From the IMG/VR virus record IMGVR_UViG_3300021399_000009, positions 1 to 64,000 of that record: 64,000 nucleotides of DNA; one strand, given 5' to 3'. The DNA is from a virus. Lineage: Duplodnaviria; Caudoviricetes. Both the position numbers and the translations under genes were made by a program. Of this stretch, positions 25,963 to 37,800 are shown piece after piece; the stretch's first letter is position 1; each line of letters opens with the position of its first letter. A model generated the notes under the pieces. It saw only the letters and a program-made list of their open reading frames with translations, did not search any database and had not been told where the DNA came from.

Positions 25963-27495
25963 GTGATAAATATAGAAGCCGTAAACAATGTAACAAATGA
26001 AATACTTTTCGTAGGAGCTGTTTACAAGAATCCAGAATTGCTGGTAGATTATATACAGCTCGTCAAAAGTAAGTATGATTTCTACGATGAAGCTACAAGG
26101 TTCTTTTATGATAGTGCTGAGATAATATACCAGACACGTTCACAAGAGTTTAAGAATACTACCATTACTACTTATATGTCAGAGGACAAGGAACGACTTG
26201 CTTTGTTTAAGAAGTATGGTGGTAATAAAACCCTTGAAGAATGGAAGAAATTAGCACAGTTAGAGAATCAGAAAAACTATTATGACATTCTTAAAAAGTA
26301 TTCTCTGCTTAGAGAGTATCAGCGTAAGGGCTTTGATGTGTCAGGTATTATAGCTCACAAGAAATTTGAAACATTCAATGCGAATGATATATATAGATTA
26401 GTCAGAGGCAAGGCTGACAAAATACACACTGTTATTCTTGGTAGTTCTGAGACTGAGGTTTTAAATAAAGGCACTAAGCAAACATTACTTGACCATATGG
26501 CAAAACCGAGTATGGGATTACAAATGCCATTTGCTATCCTCAATGATGTGTTTAGAGGAATGAAAACTAAAACTCTTATGGTCGGTGGAATGGTATCAAA
26601 TGCAGGAAAGACACGTTTTATGGTAAAGCTCATAGCATATATCGCTTTAGTAATGAGACAAAAGGTATATGTTATGATTAACGAAATGACGGTAGAGGAG
26701 ATGCGAGACTGCCTAATCACAAGTTGCGTAAATAATCCTGAATTTCAAGAATTACACGGATTCAAAATAAGTAAGAAAGAAACTGAGCTTGATATGGGTC
26801 TTTACAAAGATAAAAATGGCGATTTTATTTACAGGGCAGTAAACGAAGAAGGAGAACCATTAGAATCCGATGATGCTTATATCAGGAGAGTTGAGCGAGA
26901 CAGTGAAGAATTTAATCAGATAATGCAGATAGCAGAATGGATTGATTCAGAGTTGCAGACTTCCATATTTATAGATGATGTATCTGATGCCTATGACGAT
27001 AAGACACTTGAATTTAAAATTCGTAAAGCTAAGATGACATTGGGTTGTAATTACTGGTTTTACGATACATTCAAATCAGATATGGATGATACTGGCGATT
27101 GGGCTGCAATGCTTGTCTCTGCTACAAAGCTGGCAACAGTAGCCAAAGAAACAGAAACCTTTGGTTATTTGTCGATACAGTTATTAGACGAAATTTCGAG
27201 TGTTGACCCAGACAGAGTTTCTTCAACCCATATTGCAAATTGTAAGGCTATTAAGCGTGTAGTGTATACAATGATGCTTTTTAAAGAAATCCTTCCAAGT
27301 GAATTTAAAAAGTATGGTTATCTGCAAGTTGATGAAAATTGGGGAGAGGCACAGATAAAACCTTTGGTTGAAGGGCATAGGTACTATGCTTGTAATGTAG
27401 ATAAGAACAGATTTGGCAGAAAACCAAAAGTGATATTTGAGCTTGACCTCGATAAGAACACTTGGTTCGAGTTGGGTGAGTTAGTACGAAAATAA
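25963..27495 (+). CDS. DnaB-like replicative helicase
   Basis: SNAGKTR Walker A, NEM, YDTFK, SIQL, DKNRFG. Confidence 0.85.
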   Translation: MINIEAVNNVTNEILFVGAVYKNPELLVDYIQLVKSKYDFYDEATRFFYDSAEIIYQTRSQEFKNTTITTYMSEDKERLALFKKYGGNKTLEEWKKLAQLENQKNYYDILKKYSLLREYQRKGFDVSGIIAHKKFETFNANDIYRLVRGKADKIHTVILGSSETEVLNKGTKQTLLDHMAKPSMGLQMPFAILNDVFRGMKTKTLMVGGMVSNAGKTRFMVKLIAYIALVMRQKVYVMINEMTVEEMRDCLITSCVNNPEFQELHGFKISKKETELDMGLYKDKNGDFIYRAVNEEGEPLESDDAYIRRVERDSEEFNQIMQIAEWIDSELQTSIFIDDVSDAYDDKTLEFKIRKAKMTLGCNYWFYDTFKSDMDDTGDWAAMLVSATKLATVAKETETFGYLSIQLLDEISSVDPDRVSSTHIANCKAIKRVVYTMMLFKEILPSEFKKYGYLQVDENWGEAQIKPLVEGHRYYACNVDKNRFGRKPKVIFELDLDKNTWFELGELVRK

Positions 27496-27517
27496 AATGA
27501 AACGAGGTAAAGAGTAA

Positions 27518-28543
27518 ATGGATATACCAGCAATGAAGGAATACATATTAGAAAATAATTATGCTCCTGTTATTCTTGAAAAGTTGGGCTGTCATCATAT
27601 TAAAGATAAAGGGGACTATATAAGCTGTGCCAACAAAGATGGGGACAACCCCAACGCAATCACTCTTTACCTTAATACCAACCTTACGGTTGTTAATTAT
27701 ACACGCACTTTAAATATAAATAAAAAATCGCACGATATATTTGACCTTGCAGAATTTTATTTGAATATAAATTTCTTTGAAGCTGTCAAACAGATATGCG
27801 ATTGGATAGACCTATCTTACTATAAGGACTGGAATGAGGACTTACCTGAGAGCTTGCGTATAACTAAGTTGCTTATGGAACTTGATAATACGACAAGCAT
27901 AGATACTGATGATAATACTCCATTGAAGCCTATTCCAGACCACGTTCTTTCTTATTATTATCCGTATGTAAATGATATGTTTAAGAATGATGGCATATCA
28001 TACGAGATACAAAGACTATTTGAAATAGGGTATGATGACCAAACAAACAGAATAACAATACCGATTAGAGATGAACTTAATAATCTCGTAGGCGTTAAAG
28101 GGCGATTATTCAAAAAAGAATTGAATGATGATGACCTAAAGTATCTTTACATAGAGCCTTGCAATAGAAGTAAAATTCTATATGGCTTAAATGTCGCATT
28201 GCCATATATACAGCAATGCGGATTTGTGTATGTGTTGGAGAGTGAAAAGGGAGTAATGCAGTTGTGGTCTATGGGCATATACAATTGTGTTGCTACTGGT
28301 GGTAAAAAGGTATCACAGTATCAAATAGATATGCTTAGTAGATTGTGTGTTGATATTATATTCTGTTTTGATAAGGATGTAGAGCAAACAGAACTTGAAG
28401 AACTGACTGACCGCTTTATTGAAAGCGTTAATATATATGCGATTATCGATAAGAATAATATACTTGAAGAAAAAGAAAGTCCGTCAGATAATCCAGATAA
28501 ATTTGTAGAATTAGAAAGAAATAATAAATATAAGATTAAGTGA
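27518..28543 (+). CDS. DNA primase (TOPRIM)
   Basis: RITIPIRD..VGVKGR, KY, LYGLN, ESEK, FDKD. Confidence 0.88.
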   Translation: MDIPAMKEYILENNYAPVILEKLGCHHIKDKGDYISCANKDGDNPNAITLYLNTNLTVVNYTRTLNINKKSHDIFDLAEFYLNINFFEAVKQICDWIDLSYYKDWNEDLPESLRITKLLMELDNTTSIDTDDNTPLKPIPDHVLSYYYPYVNDMFKNDGISYEIQRLFEIGYDDQTNRITIPIRDELNNLVGVKGRLFKKELNDDDLKYLYIEPCNRSKILYGLNVALPYIQQCGFVYVLESEKGVMQLWSMGIYNCVATGGKKVSQYQIDMLSRLCVDIIFCFDKDVEQTELEELTDRFIESVNIYAIIDKNNILEEKESPSDNPDKFVELERNNKYKIK

Positions 28544-28552
28544 GGTTTTGAT

Positions 28553-30247
28553 ATGGAATATAAACTTATAGGCACGAACGATTATGATAACCCTTTACAG
28601 ACTTTTCTCGGTAATAGGGGAGTTGAAGATATAAATGGATATATTAATGTAAGTGAAGATGTGGTTATTCCTTATCAGAATCTCACTGACATAGATAAAG
28701 CAGTTGACCTTTATCACAAACATATTGAAAACAATTCAAATATAACAATAGTCGTGGATGCCGATGTTGATGGATATACAAGTGCAGCTATGGTATACTC
28801 ATATACTAAAAATCTGAATCCAGAATGTAAGCTAACATATCTTATACACACAGGTAAACAACACGGATTGACCGAAGATATTGTTGTACCAGAAGATACA
28901 CAGCTTCTTATTATCCCAGATGCAGGAACTAATGATACAGAACAGTGCAAGGCTCTTAAAGAAAAAGGCGTTGATATAATTATATTAGACCATCACGACA
29001 GGGAAATTGACAATCCTTATGCTATTATAGTAAACAATCAGTGTAGTGACAACTATGAAAACAAGGAATTGTGCGGTGCAGGAATCGTTTACAAGTTCCT
29101 TCAAGCTGTGGACGAGGAGTTATGGAATGAAGATGCTGACAACTATCTTGACCTTGTGGCTCTTGCAAATATCTCAGACAATATGGATGTTCGTTCTTGT
29201 GAAACTAAATACTTAATTTCTAAAGGACTGGACTTTATCAATAATGCTTTCTTTGAAAAGTTGATAGAAGTTCAATCGTATTCATTACCAGAAGTTGATA
29301 TAATAGGTATTCAGTTTTATGTAACACCGTTGATAAACGCACTTGTTCGTATGGGTTCACAGGAAGAAAAGGACATTATGTTTAGAGCGTTTATTGGTGA
29401 TGAGTCAGAAACATTTGAATACAAGAAGCGTGGAGAAAAAGAATTTACACAAGAGAATATTTATGAACACGCTGCACGTTTATGTAACAACGCAAAAAGA
29501 AGGCAAAAGACCTTAGTTGATAAACAGCTCCCTAAGATTATTGAACATATAGAAAATAAAGAACAGGACAAGCACGAAGTAATTATTACTAATGTTACTG
29601 ATTATGTTGAGAATACTATGACTGGTGTGCTGGCTATTAAGGTGGCTGAGTATTTTCATAAACCTACTATCTTATTGAGAGACAGAGGAAATGACGTATA
29701 CGGTGGCTCAGTAAGAGTTCCAGATACAAGTCCGATAGAAAATTTTAAAGATATGTTAAATACTATGACATTCTTCTCTGCACAGGGACATCCATCAGCT
29801 TGTGGCACTACAATCTTTAAACATAATATAAAAGAAAGTATTGAGACACTTGATGATTATATCAGGGAAATGAACCTTACAGGAATAGCTGACAAGCCAG
29901 TTGACTTTGAAATAGAATATGATGATTTAGATATGTCACTGTTTGCAAATATAGCTTCATTAAAGTCGTATTATGCTACTGGTTTGAAAGAGTGCAATAT
30001 TGTCGTGAATAATATTCCTATTAACGCTGACGATATAGTAATTAAAGGTAAGGATTCAAATACTTGGAGTGTTATGATTTGTGACGAAACTATTGAGCTA
30101 ATTAAGTTTAGATGCCCTGAGAACGATGAACTTTTAAATGGTCTTGGGATGTATAAGATAAACATTATCGGTAAGTTTGGATATAGCTTCTTTAAGGGTA
30201 TCAAAACAGCACAGATTATAGTTGAAGATTATGAGGTGATTAATTAA
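28553..30247 (+). CDS. recJ: RecJ-like ssDNA exonuclease (DHH/DHHA1)
   Basis: DADVDG, PDAG, LDHH, LCGAG, GSVR, GHPSACG. Confidence 0.9.
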   Translation: MEYKLIGTNDYDNPLQTFLGNRGVEDINGYINVSEDVVIPYQNLTDIDKAVDLYHKHIENNSNITIVVDADVDGYTSAAMVYSYTKNLNPECKLTYLIHTGKQHGLTEDIVVPEDTQLLIIPDAGTNDTEQCKALKEKGVDIIILDHHDREIDNPYAIIVNNQCSDNYENKELCGAGIVYKFLQAVDEELWNEDADNYLDLVALANISDNMDVRSCETKYLISKGLDFINNAFFEKLIEVQSYSLPEVDIIGIQFYVTPLINALVRMGSQEEKDIMFRAFIGDESETFEYKKRGEKEFTQENIYEHAARLCNNAKRRQKTLVDKQLPKIIEHIENKEQDKHEVIITNVTDYVENTMTGVLAIKVAEYFHKPTILLRDRGNDVYGGSVRVPDTSPIENFKDMLNTMTFFSAQGHPSACGTTIFKHNIKESIETLDDYIREMNLTGIADKPVDFEIEYDDLDMSLFANIASLKSYYATGLKECNIVVNNIPINADDIVIKGKDSNTWSVMICDETIELIKFRCPENDELLNGLGMYKINIIGKFGYSFFKGIKTAQIIVEDYEVIN

Positions 30248-33200
30248 TGTTTTGCAATTTACACGTTCACGATGCAAAAGGCTCTCTGCTTGATTCTATT
30301 CTTACAGTAAAGCAGATAGCCGAGTTTGCAAGAGACAACAATCAAGAAGCTATTGCAATAACTAATCACGGCTACATGACTTCTTATGTTGACTTTGTTA
30401 AAGAGTGCAATAGATGTGGCGTAAAGCCCATAATTGGCAATGAGGTTTATGAAGTCGATGATATGGAAGAGAAGTGCGATACGAAAGAGTATCGTCAGCC
30501 TCGCTACCATCTCGTTCTACTTGCGAGAAGTCAACAAGGATTCCAAAACCTTATAAAAATTACTTCTGTTGCTTGTACAGAGGGGCTATATAAAAAGCCT
30601 CGTATTGATATAGATTATATTCAAACTCACAATTTGGGGAAAGGTATTATTTGCCTAACTGCTTGTATGGCTGGTAGGCTAAGTAGACTTCTTGTTGACA
30701 ATAAAACAGAAGAAGCTCTTGCATACTACACCAAACTATCAGACACATTCGATTCTGTGTATTGTGAACTTCAATCTCACAATACAGAGAGCCAAACATT
30801 TGCAAATAAATGTATATATGAATTTTGTAAGAACAATGAGCTGTCTTATGTAATTACCACAGATGCACATATGCTTTCAAAAGATATGCTTGAAGCACAC
30901 TCTTACTTTATAGAAATAGCAGAAGATAGAGAAGTGGGCGAAAGCTATACAGACTGTTACTTGCAGACTGAAACAGATGTGTACAATACATTAAAAGACC
31001 AATTCTCAGAACAGATTATTCAAACTGGTATTGAGAACACCTATGCTATTGCAAACTCAATTGAGAATATCAATATCGGATTGGGACAGGGAAATCAAAT
31101 GCCAGTAGTGAAGGTTGATGGGGATTTTAAATCCCATGAAGAATATTTAAGACATCTTGTTTTTTCTACTTTTGATGAAAAGTTTGGTCATATGAGTGAA
31201 GATGAACAGAAGGTTCGTAGAGGTCGTTTAAATTTTGAGCTTGATGTCCTTTATAAAGTTGAATATACAGATTACTTTATAATGCTCTATATGCTTGCCA
31301 AAGAAGCTCGAAAGAGACATATACCTCTTGGCTACTCTCGTGGTTCTGGTGCTAACTGCTTGTGCTTATTTATGCTCAATGTAACGCAAGTCGATAGTGT
31401 AAGATGGGGGCTTGACTTTTCTCGTTTCGCAAATCTTGGTAGAACCAGTCTGGCAGATTATGATTGGGATATATCTAAGCGTAGACGTAAAGAAATGGTA
31501 AAAATATCTGAGGAGCTTTTTGGTAAAGACAATGTTGCACCTATTGCAACATTCAACACCCTTAGTACAAAGGTTGCAATTAGAGATATTGGTAAGGTTC
31601 TTAATGAAAAAGAAACGTCGCCTTATTTTGGTCAGATACCTTATTCTTTGAGAAATGAAGTTGCCTCTGCCCTTCCCACAATAAAAACACTTGATGACTT
31701 AGGAGAAGAAGTAGAGAAAGAAATTTTACTCAAAGACTATGTTAGTAAAGATGAACGCCTACAGAGAGTCTATGAGCAATTTCCTTTGTGGTTTAAGTAT
31801 GTTATGGCAGTAGAGGGATTACCAAAATCTCTTGGCAGACACGCTGCTGGCACTCTTATCACTCCAAAGCCTATTACAGATTATTGTCCAATATGTTTTG
31901 ACTCCGAAAAGAATGTAATGATACAGCTTGAAATGCACAACGCTATGGATGATTTAGGCTTGGTAAAAATGGATTATCTTGGGCTTGAAAATTTAGACAT
32001 AATTGATGATACTCTCAAATTATGCAATCTGACTTGGCAAGATGTAGACATTAACCATCTCGATTTAGCTGACAAAGAAGTGTTTGACAATGTATATAAA
32101 CAGGGACACACAATAGGTATATTTCAAATGGAGAGTGCAGAAGCTCGTAAAATGTGCATTGAAGCACAGGCAGATAATATAGACGATATTATTGCTATCA
32201 ATGCTGCTAATCGTCCAGCTACCAAAGATAGTTTTCCAACTTACTGTGAAAATAAATTACATCCAGAGAATGTAAAACTGATACACGAGGATTTGAGACA
32301 GTTCTTTAGTAATACACAATATATACTTCTTTATCAAGAACAGGCATTGCAGTTGTTTAGATATGCTGGTTTCCCTGAGAGCGAAGTAGATAATGCGAGA
32401 AGATGTGTGGACGAAAATACTCTTGTTACTATGAGCAATGGAGACATTAAAAAAATCAAAGACATAAACGTAGGCGACAATGTTATGTGCTATGATGAAG
32501 TAAATAACAAAATGACTTATAAATCTGTTGCAAATGTTTTTGATAATGGCGAAAAAGAGTGTTTTAAAATTTCTACGAAACAGGACGAAGAAATAATTGC
32601 TACTGCTAACCATAAAGTGTTGACACAAGATGGATGGAAGGAAGTTAAAGACCTTACACTAAATGACTATATTATGAAACCCAAGACTTACCACGCTTAT
32701 AAAGACAACATTCCATCTAATAAAAAACCAAGTAATGACTTAATGTATTTAATCGGTCTGCTTATTGGAGATGGTACGTTAGGAGATAAAAATTCTATTA
32801 AATTTACCAATTCAGAACACGAACTAATTAACAAATTTAAGAGCATAGTTGAAGCAATGCTTCCTCATAGTCGTAATTGCGAGTTTTACGAAAGAAAAGT
32901 TGATGGAGTTGAAGTTGATTATGTTTACACTGTAAGCATTAAGACTCCTAATTTTAAGCATAAGTTAGAAAATGTCTGCGAAAAATACGATTTGCTTCAC
33001 AAAGCGAATAGCAAAAATATATCTTGCTTTATGGATTATCCTGCGAGTGGACTGATACAACATCTTTTAGCTGGATTATTTAATACTGATGGTGGCTACT
33101 GTATGTCAAGAAACGCTATTGAATATCATACAATAAGCGAGACTTTGGCATATCAAATTAGTGCGTTGCTGTTAAAGTTTAGAATAAATAATTATGTTTT

Positions 33201-34836
33201 GTCAAAAACGGTTTCAGAATATGATTATAAAGTCTATTCCATAGAAATACAAAACACGACAGCTCTCGAAAGGTTTGATAGATATATAAATAAATACGTT
33301 ATTGGTCGTAAGCATCAAGAGTTTTCTGCTATGATTACCGCTTCTAAATTAAAAAAAGAAAGTCTTGATTATTTATATGTTCTTCCAAATAAATATTCTT
33401 CTGAAATAAGAAACAATATTGCTTTAAATGGCATAAGCTATTGTGAATTATCTAAAGACATATATAATGGAGAGCAAGAACTAAAAGTTGTAAATGGTTG
33501 CGGAATTACAGACAAAAAAGCATCTGCAATTATAAGTCAAATATATTGTCCAGAAACATATAAAATGCTGACTGCTGAATATTACCCTGTTAAAATAAAG
33601 TCGATAAAAACAGCAGGAGTAAAACACGTTTATGACATTGAAGTTTCTGAATGTCATAACTATATTGCAAATAATTTGATTGTTCATAACTGTATTGGTA
33701 AAAAATTAGCAGATAAAATGGCTCAACTTCAAACAGATTTTACAAAGGGTTTGGCAAATAAGAATTGGACAGAAGAACAAATAAACTCTATATGGGATTT
33801 ACTTTTAAAGCAATCTACATATTCTTTTAACAAAGGTCATTCAACAGCATATGGACTACTATCTTATCTTACTGCTTATTTAAAGACACATTATCCAGTA
33901 GAGTTTATGACTGCACTTCTCACCTCCAGAAGCGATAAGATAGAGAAGATAAGTGCAACGATTGATGATTGTCGTAGAATGAACATTCAAGTTTGTCCTC
34001 CTAACGTAAACAAATCAGACGGTCAATTTACAGTAGTTCCAAATGAAAATAAAATATTATTTGGGTTGCTTGGCATTAAAGGGCTTGGCGAATCGGTGGT
34101 TGATGAAATAATAAAAAATAGACCATACAAAAACTTTGATGACTTTACTTCTAAAATTACAAATACGTCTGCTATCGTTACACTTATTAAGTCAGGAGCT
34201 ATTCCTACTAAAAATAAAATGTCTTTGCTGAGAAAGTACGCAGAAAAGATTAACCCCATATCAGAATATTCACCAGTTTCTACACTTCCTACATACAAGA
34301 AACTTGAAGAAATGGGAATTGACGTTGATTCCTTTAGAGAGGGTAAAAAGGTAGATAAAGAAAGACTTCTTGTAAAATATAATTTGATAAGAAAGAAAGC
34401 ACATTATGAGCAGCAAAACATTAAACACCACAAAGCTATAAATGAATTTAGAGAGAAGTACGCACAGGACGAATTTTTATGGGAGTTCCAAACTTTATCA
34501 ATGTTTTTGTCTAATGACCCACTACTTGAAAGTAAGCAATATATTAGTAGTCAATGGCAGACTGCTGAAACTGGAAGTCTTGTATTAATATGTTGCGTTA
34601 TTACTGATATAAAAAAGAAGAAGGATAAGAACGGAAATCAGTTCGCCTACCTTGATTTATATACTTCTGATGGTATGGTTGAAGCTACGATTTGGTCAAG
34701 TCAACTTAAAAAATATGCTGATATAGTCAAGAAATCCTCTTGTGTAATAATCAAAGCAAGAAAAAATGACGGTTACTTTGTAGATGAAATGAAACTATAC
34801 TCTCAGTGGCTAAGTGAAAGGAAACTAAAGAAATGA
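30247..34836 (+). CDS. dnaE: DNA polymerase III alpha subunit with intein
   Basis: PHP HVH..SLLD, SRGSG, DYDWD, HAAG, KMDYLGL, FQMES, YQEQ, SFNKGHS. Confidence 0.95.
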   Translation: MFCNLHVHDAKGSLLDSILTVKQIAEFARDNNQEAIAITNHGYMTSYVDFVKECNRCGVKPIIGNEVYEVDDMEEKCDTKEYRQPRYHLVLLARSQQGFQNLIKITSVACTEGLYKKPRIDIDYIQTHNLGKGIICLTACMAGRLSRLLVDNKTEEALAYYTKLSDTFDSVYCELQSHNTESQTFANKCIYEFCKNNELSYVITTDAHMLSKDMLEAHSYFIEIAEDREVGESYTDCYLQTETDVYNTLKDQFSEQIIQTGIENTYAIANSIENINIGLGQGNQMPVVKVDGDFKSHEEYLRHLVFSTFDEKFGHMSEDEQKVRRGRLNFELDVLYKVEYTDYFIMLYMLAKEARKRHIPLGYSRGSGANCLCLFMLNVTQVDSVRWGLDFSRFANLGRTSLADYDWDISKRRRKEMVKISEELFGKDNVAPIATFNTLSTKVAIRDIGKVLNEKETSPYFGQIPYSLRNEVASALPTIKTLDDLGEEVEKEILLKDYVSKDERLQRVYEQFPLWFKYVMAVEGLPKSLGRHAAGTLITPKPITDYCPICFDSEKNVMIQLEMHNAMDDLGLVKMDYLGLENLDIIDDTLKLCNLTWQDVDINHLDLADKEVFDNVYKQGHTIGIFQMESAEARKMCIEAQADNIDDIIAINAANRPATKDSFPTYCENKLHPENVKLIHEDLRQFFSNTQYILLYQEQALQLFRYAGFPESEVDNARRCVDENTLVTMSNGDIKKIKDINVGDNVMCYDEVNNKMTYKSVANVFDNGEKECFKISTKQDEEIIATANHKVLTQDGWKEVKDLTLNDYIMKPKTYHAYKDNIPSNKKPSNDLMYLIGLLIGDGTLGDKNSIKFTNSEHELINKFKSIVEAMLPHSRNCEFYERKVDGVEVDYVYTVSIKTPNFKHKLENVCEKYDLLHKANSKNISCFMDYPASGLIQHLLAGLFNTDGGYCMSRNAIEYHTISETLAYQISALLLKFRINNYVLSKTVSEYDYKVYSIEIQNTTALERFDRYINKYVIGRKHQEFSAMITASKLKKESLDYLYVLPNKYSSEIRNNIALNGISYCELSKDIYNGEQELKVVNGCGITDKKASAIISQIYCPETYKMLTAEYYPVKIKSIKTAGVKHVYDIEVSECHNYIANNLIVHNCIGKKLADKMAQLQTDFTKGLANKNWTEEQINSIWDLLLKQSTYSFNKGHSTAYGLLSYLTAYLKTHYPVEFMTALLTSRSDKIEKISATIDDCRRMNIQVCPPNVNKSDGQFTVVPNENKILFGLLGIKGLGESVVDEIIKNRPYKNFDDFTSKITNTSAIVTLIKSGAIPTKNKMSLLRKYAEKINPISEYSPVSTLPTYKKLEEMGIDVDSFREGKKVDKERLLVKYNLIRKKAHYEQQNIKHHKAINEFREKYAQDEFLWEFQTLSMFLSNDPLLESKQYISSQWQTAETGSLVLICCVITDIKKKKDKNGNQFAYLDLYTSDGMVEATIWSSQLKKYADIVKKSSCVIIKARKNDGYFVDEMKLYSQWLSERKLKK
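32404..33690 (+). mobile_element. Intein (429 aa) with LAGLIDADG homing endonuclease in DnaE
   Basis: ARR|CVDENTLV...ATANH...LIGDG...FNTDG...YDIEV..HNYIANNLIVHN|CIGKK. Confidence 0.93.
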
Positions 34837-37800
34837 GTGAAGAATATACATTTGAATTAACTCCTGATTATGAAATGTTTTATAGTGACAGTTCATCTTT
34901 TGGAGTTTACAAGTTCAATACAAAATCAGAGTTGCCCCATTTAACGGGCAATCCTGATTTGTTTGACCATACCGTAACATACTCTGGTGTTTTGTCTGGA
35001 CGTATGCAGAAACTTTATCTCGGAGATACATATAACGTGGTAGCGAAACCAGTGTATAATAAAAAGTATAGTAATTGGCAGTATGAGCCTATTAGTATAC
35101 AGGCTGCTATTCCAAAATCAGAAGAACAGCAGAGAGCGTTTTTAAGGTCTATCCTTACAGAAAAGCAAACAGATACACTTATGGATGTATATCCCAATAT
35201 CGTTGAAGATATTATGGACGGTAAAGATGATGTAGACTTGTCTAAGCTTAATGGCATAGGCGAGACTACCTATGGTATTATCAAAAAGAAAATAATTGAT
35301 AACTATGTAATCTCAGATATACTTGCTATGCTTCAACCTTTGGGGGTAACAATCAGAACAATTAAATCGCTTGAAAAATGGGAGGCGAATCCCGTACTGC
35401 TAAAGAAACAGCTTATGCAAAACCCATATATTCTTACAAAGATTAGGGGGTTTGGTTTTAAAAAAGTTGATACGCTTGCACTTAAAATAAATCCTGAGAG
35501 CAAATGTTCAAGAGAAAGATTGGAGGCATATATTGTATATTATCTCCAAGAAGTAGGCGAGAGCTATGGTCACACTTGGGTAACAATAGACACACTTAAA
35601 AGCAATGTAAGAGATAATGTAATTGAGTGTATTGATTTATTTGATAAGTATATTGACGATGACCAAGTAAAAGAAAATCCTTTGCTTGAAGTAGGCGAAG
35701 GCAACAAGATAGGTCTTAAAAGATACTACAATGTGGAAGAATATATTTTTAATAAGGTAACAGAGATGAAAAATATTGAGCCTATTGCCGTAACAGAAGA
35801 TAATATTAACGATGGACTCAAAGAAGCAGAAGATAAACAGGGGTTTGAGCTTACAGAAGAACAGAGAGATGTTGTGATAAATAGTTTTAAAAACAATATT
35901 ACTATTATTTCGGGCAAAGCAGGATGTGTTGATTGCGATACTGAGTTCTTTAACGGTACTGAGTGGAAGAAAATTTCAGAATATAAAGATGGAGAAAAAG
36001 TCCTGCAATACAACGAAGATGGTACGGCAGAGCTGGTTTATCCGATAAATTATATAAAACAGAAATCTGATTATTTATGGCATTTTTCAACTAAATATGG
36101 GCTTGACCAGTGTTTGTCTGATAAACATAATTGTTATTGGGTATCACAAAAGGGAAAAACATATCTTACACCCTTTAGAGAAATAAGAGAAAAACAACAG
36201 GATAATAACACTGGGTTTTACGGCAGATTTCCAACAACCTTTAAATATAATGGAGTCGGAATCTCATTGACTGATAATCAGATTAGACTTATGGTTGCTG
36301 TTTTTGCAGATGGTTCATTTAATTATCACACTTGGTCTGACAATACATACACTAAAGCAAGGTTTCATATAAAAAAAGATAGAAAAAAGGAACGGTTAAT
36401 TGAGCTTGCCAAAAAGTGTGGATATGAGTATTCAACTTCTCCAAGTGCAGCAGATGGATATTTGGATATATATATTAGAGATCCGTTTAGGTGCAAGCAT
36501 TTCCCAAGTGAATGGTATAACTGCACACAAGAACAATTAAAGATAATTGCAGATGAAATTGTATATTGGGATTGCGACTACAACAGAAAAAATCGGTTTT
36601 CAACAACGTGTAAAAAGGATGCTGATTTTATTCAATTTGTATTTAGTTCTATTGGTATACGAGCAACTATTGCTAAACAAGACCGCAGAGGCAAAAAGCA
36701 TTTTACAGACGGAAAGGAATACGAAAGAAAAACTATTGATTATGAAGTCTCTTGGACTAATCGAACACTCGTGGGAATGTGTGCAGATTTTCGTTCTAAC
36801 CATTCAAAAACTCAGATTCAACAATATAAAACAAAAGATGGATATGAGTATTGTTTTACTGTTCCTTCTCATTTACTTGTTTTAAGAAGAAATGACAAGA
36901 TTTTTATTACAGGCAATTGTGGTAAAACGGCATCGGTTCGTTCAATCCTTACTATCTACTCCAAAGCTGGTTATCAGATAGGTTGTTGTGCCTTGTCTGC
37001 CAAAGCTGCTATGGTCATCAGAGAATCAACAGGATTCCCAGCAACAACAATTCACCGTATGCTTGGTTGTCAGGGAGCAAATAAGTTTAAATACAGTAAA
37101 GATAATCCATTACCATTTAATGTATTATTTATAGATGAAGGTTCTATGATTAGTGCAGATATATTCTATCTTATATTCCAAGCTATTAAGCCACAGACCA
37201 AACTAATAATATGTGGTGATAATGGTCAGCTCCCTCCAATTGGATATGGCAATATATTTAATGATTTGCTTGATATGCGAGAATATCTTAATAGCTATGA
37301 GTTGACTAAGGTCATGAGGCAAGCTGCCGATTCTGGTATTACAAGTGATGCTAATGTGATTCGTGCTGGGAGCAATCCAATTGATAAACCTGAGTTAAAG
37401 ATAGTAACAGGCAAACTTAAAGATATGACATATATGTTCCGTGACGATAGAGAAGTTCTTAATAAGCTGGCTATTAAAGCTTATATGGGAGCTATAAAGA
37501 CCTACGGAGTTGATGACGTTCTGATAGGTGTACCTCGTAAGAAAGACTGTGTAAATAGCACAGGACGTATCAATGAAGCTATACAAGAGTTATTGTTACC
37601 CGATGAAACTCGTATGATTACATATGGCACTCGCAGATATAAGCTTGGAGCTAAAGTTATTCAGAAGGTAAACAACTATGAAAAGAATGTATTTAATGGT
37701 GATGTAGGTTATATTACAGATATATCAACTACAATGAGAGATGGTCAGAAAATGAATACGTTTGCTGTTGAATACAGGTCTGGCGAAGATACAAAGACCA

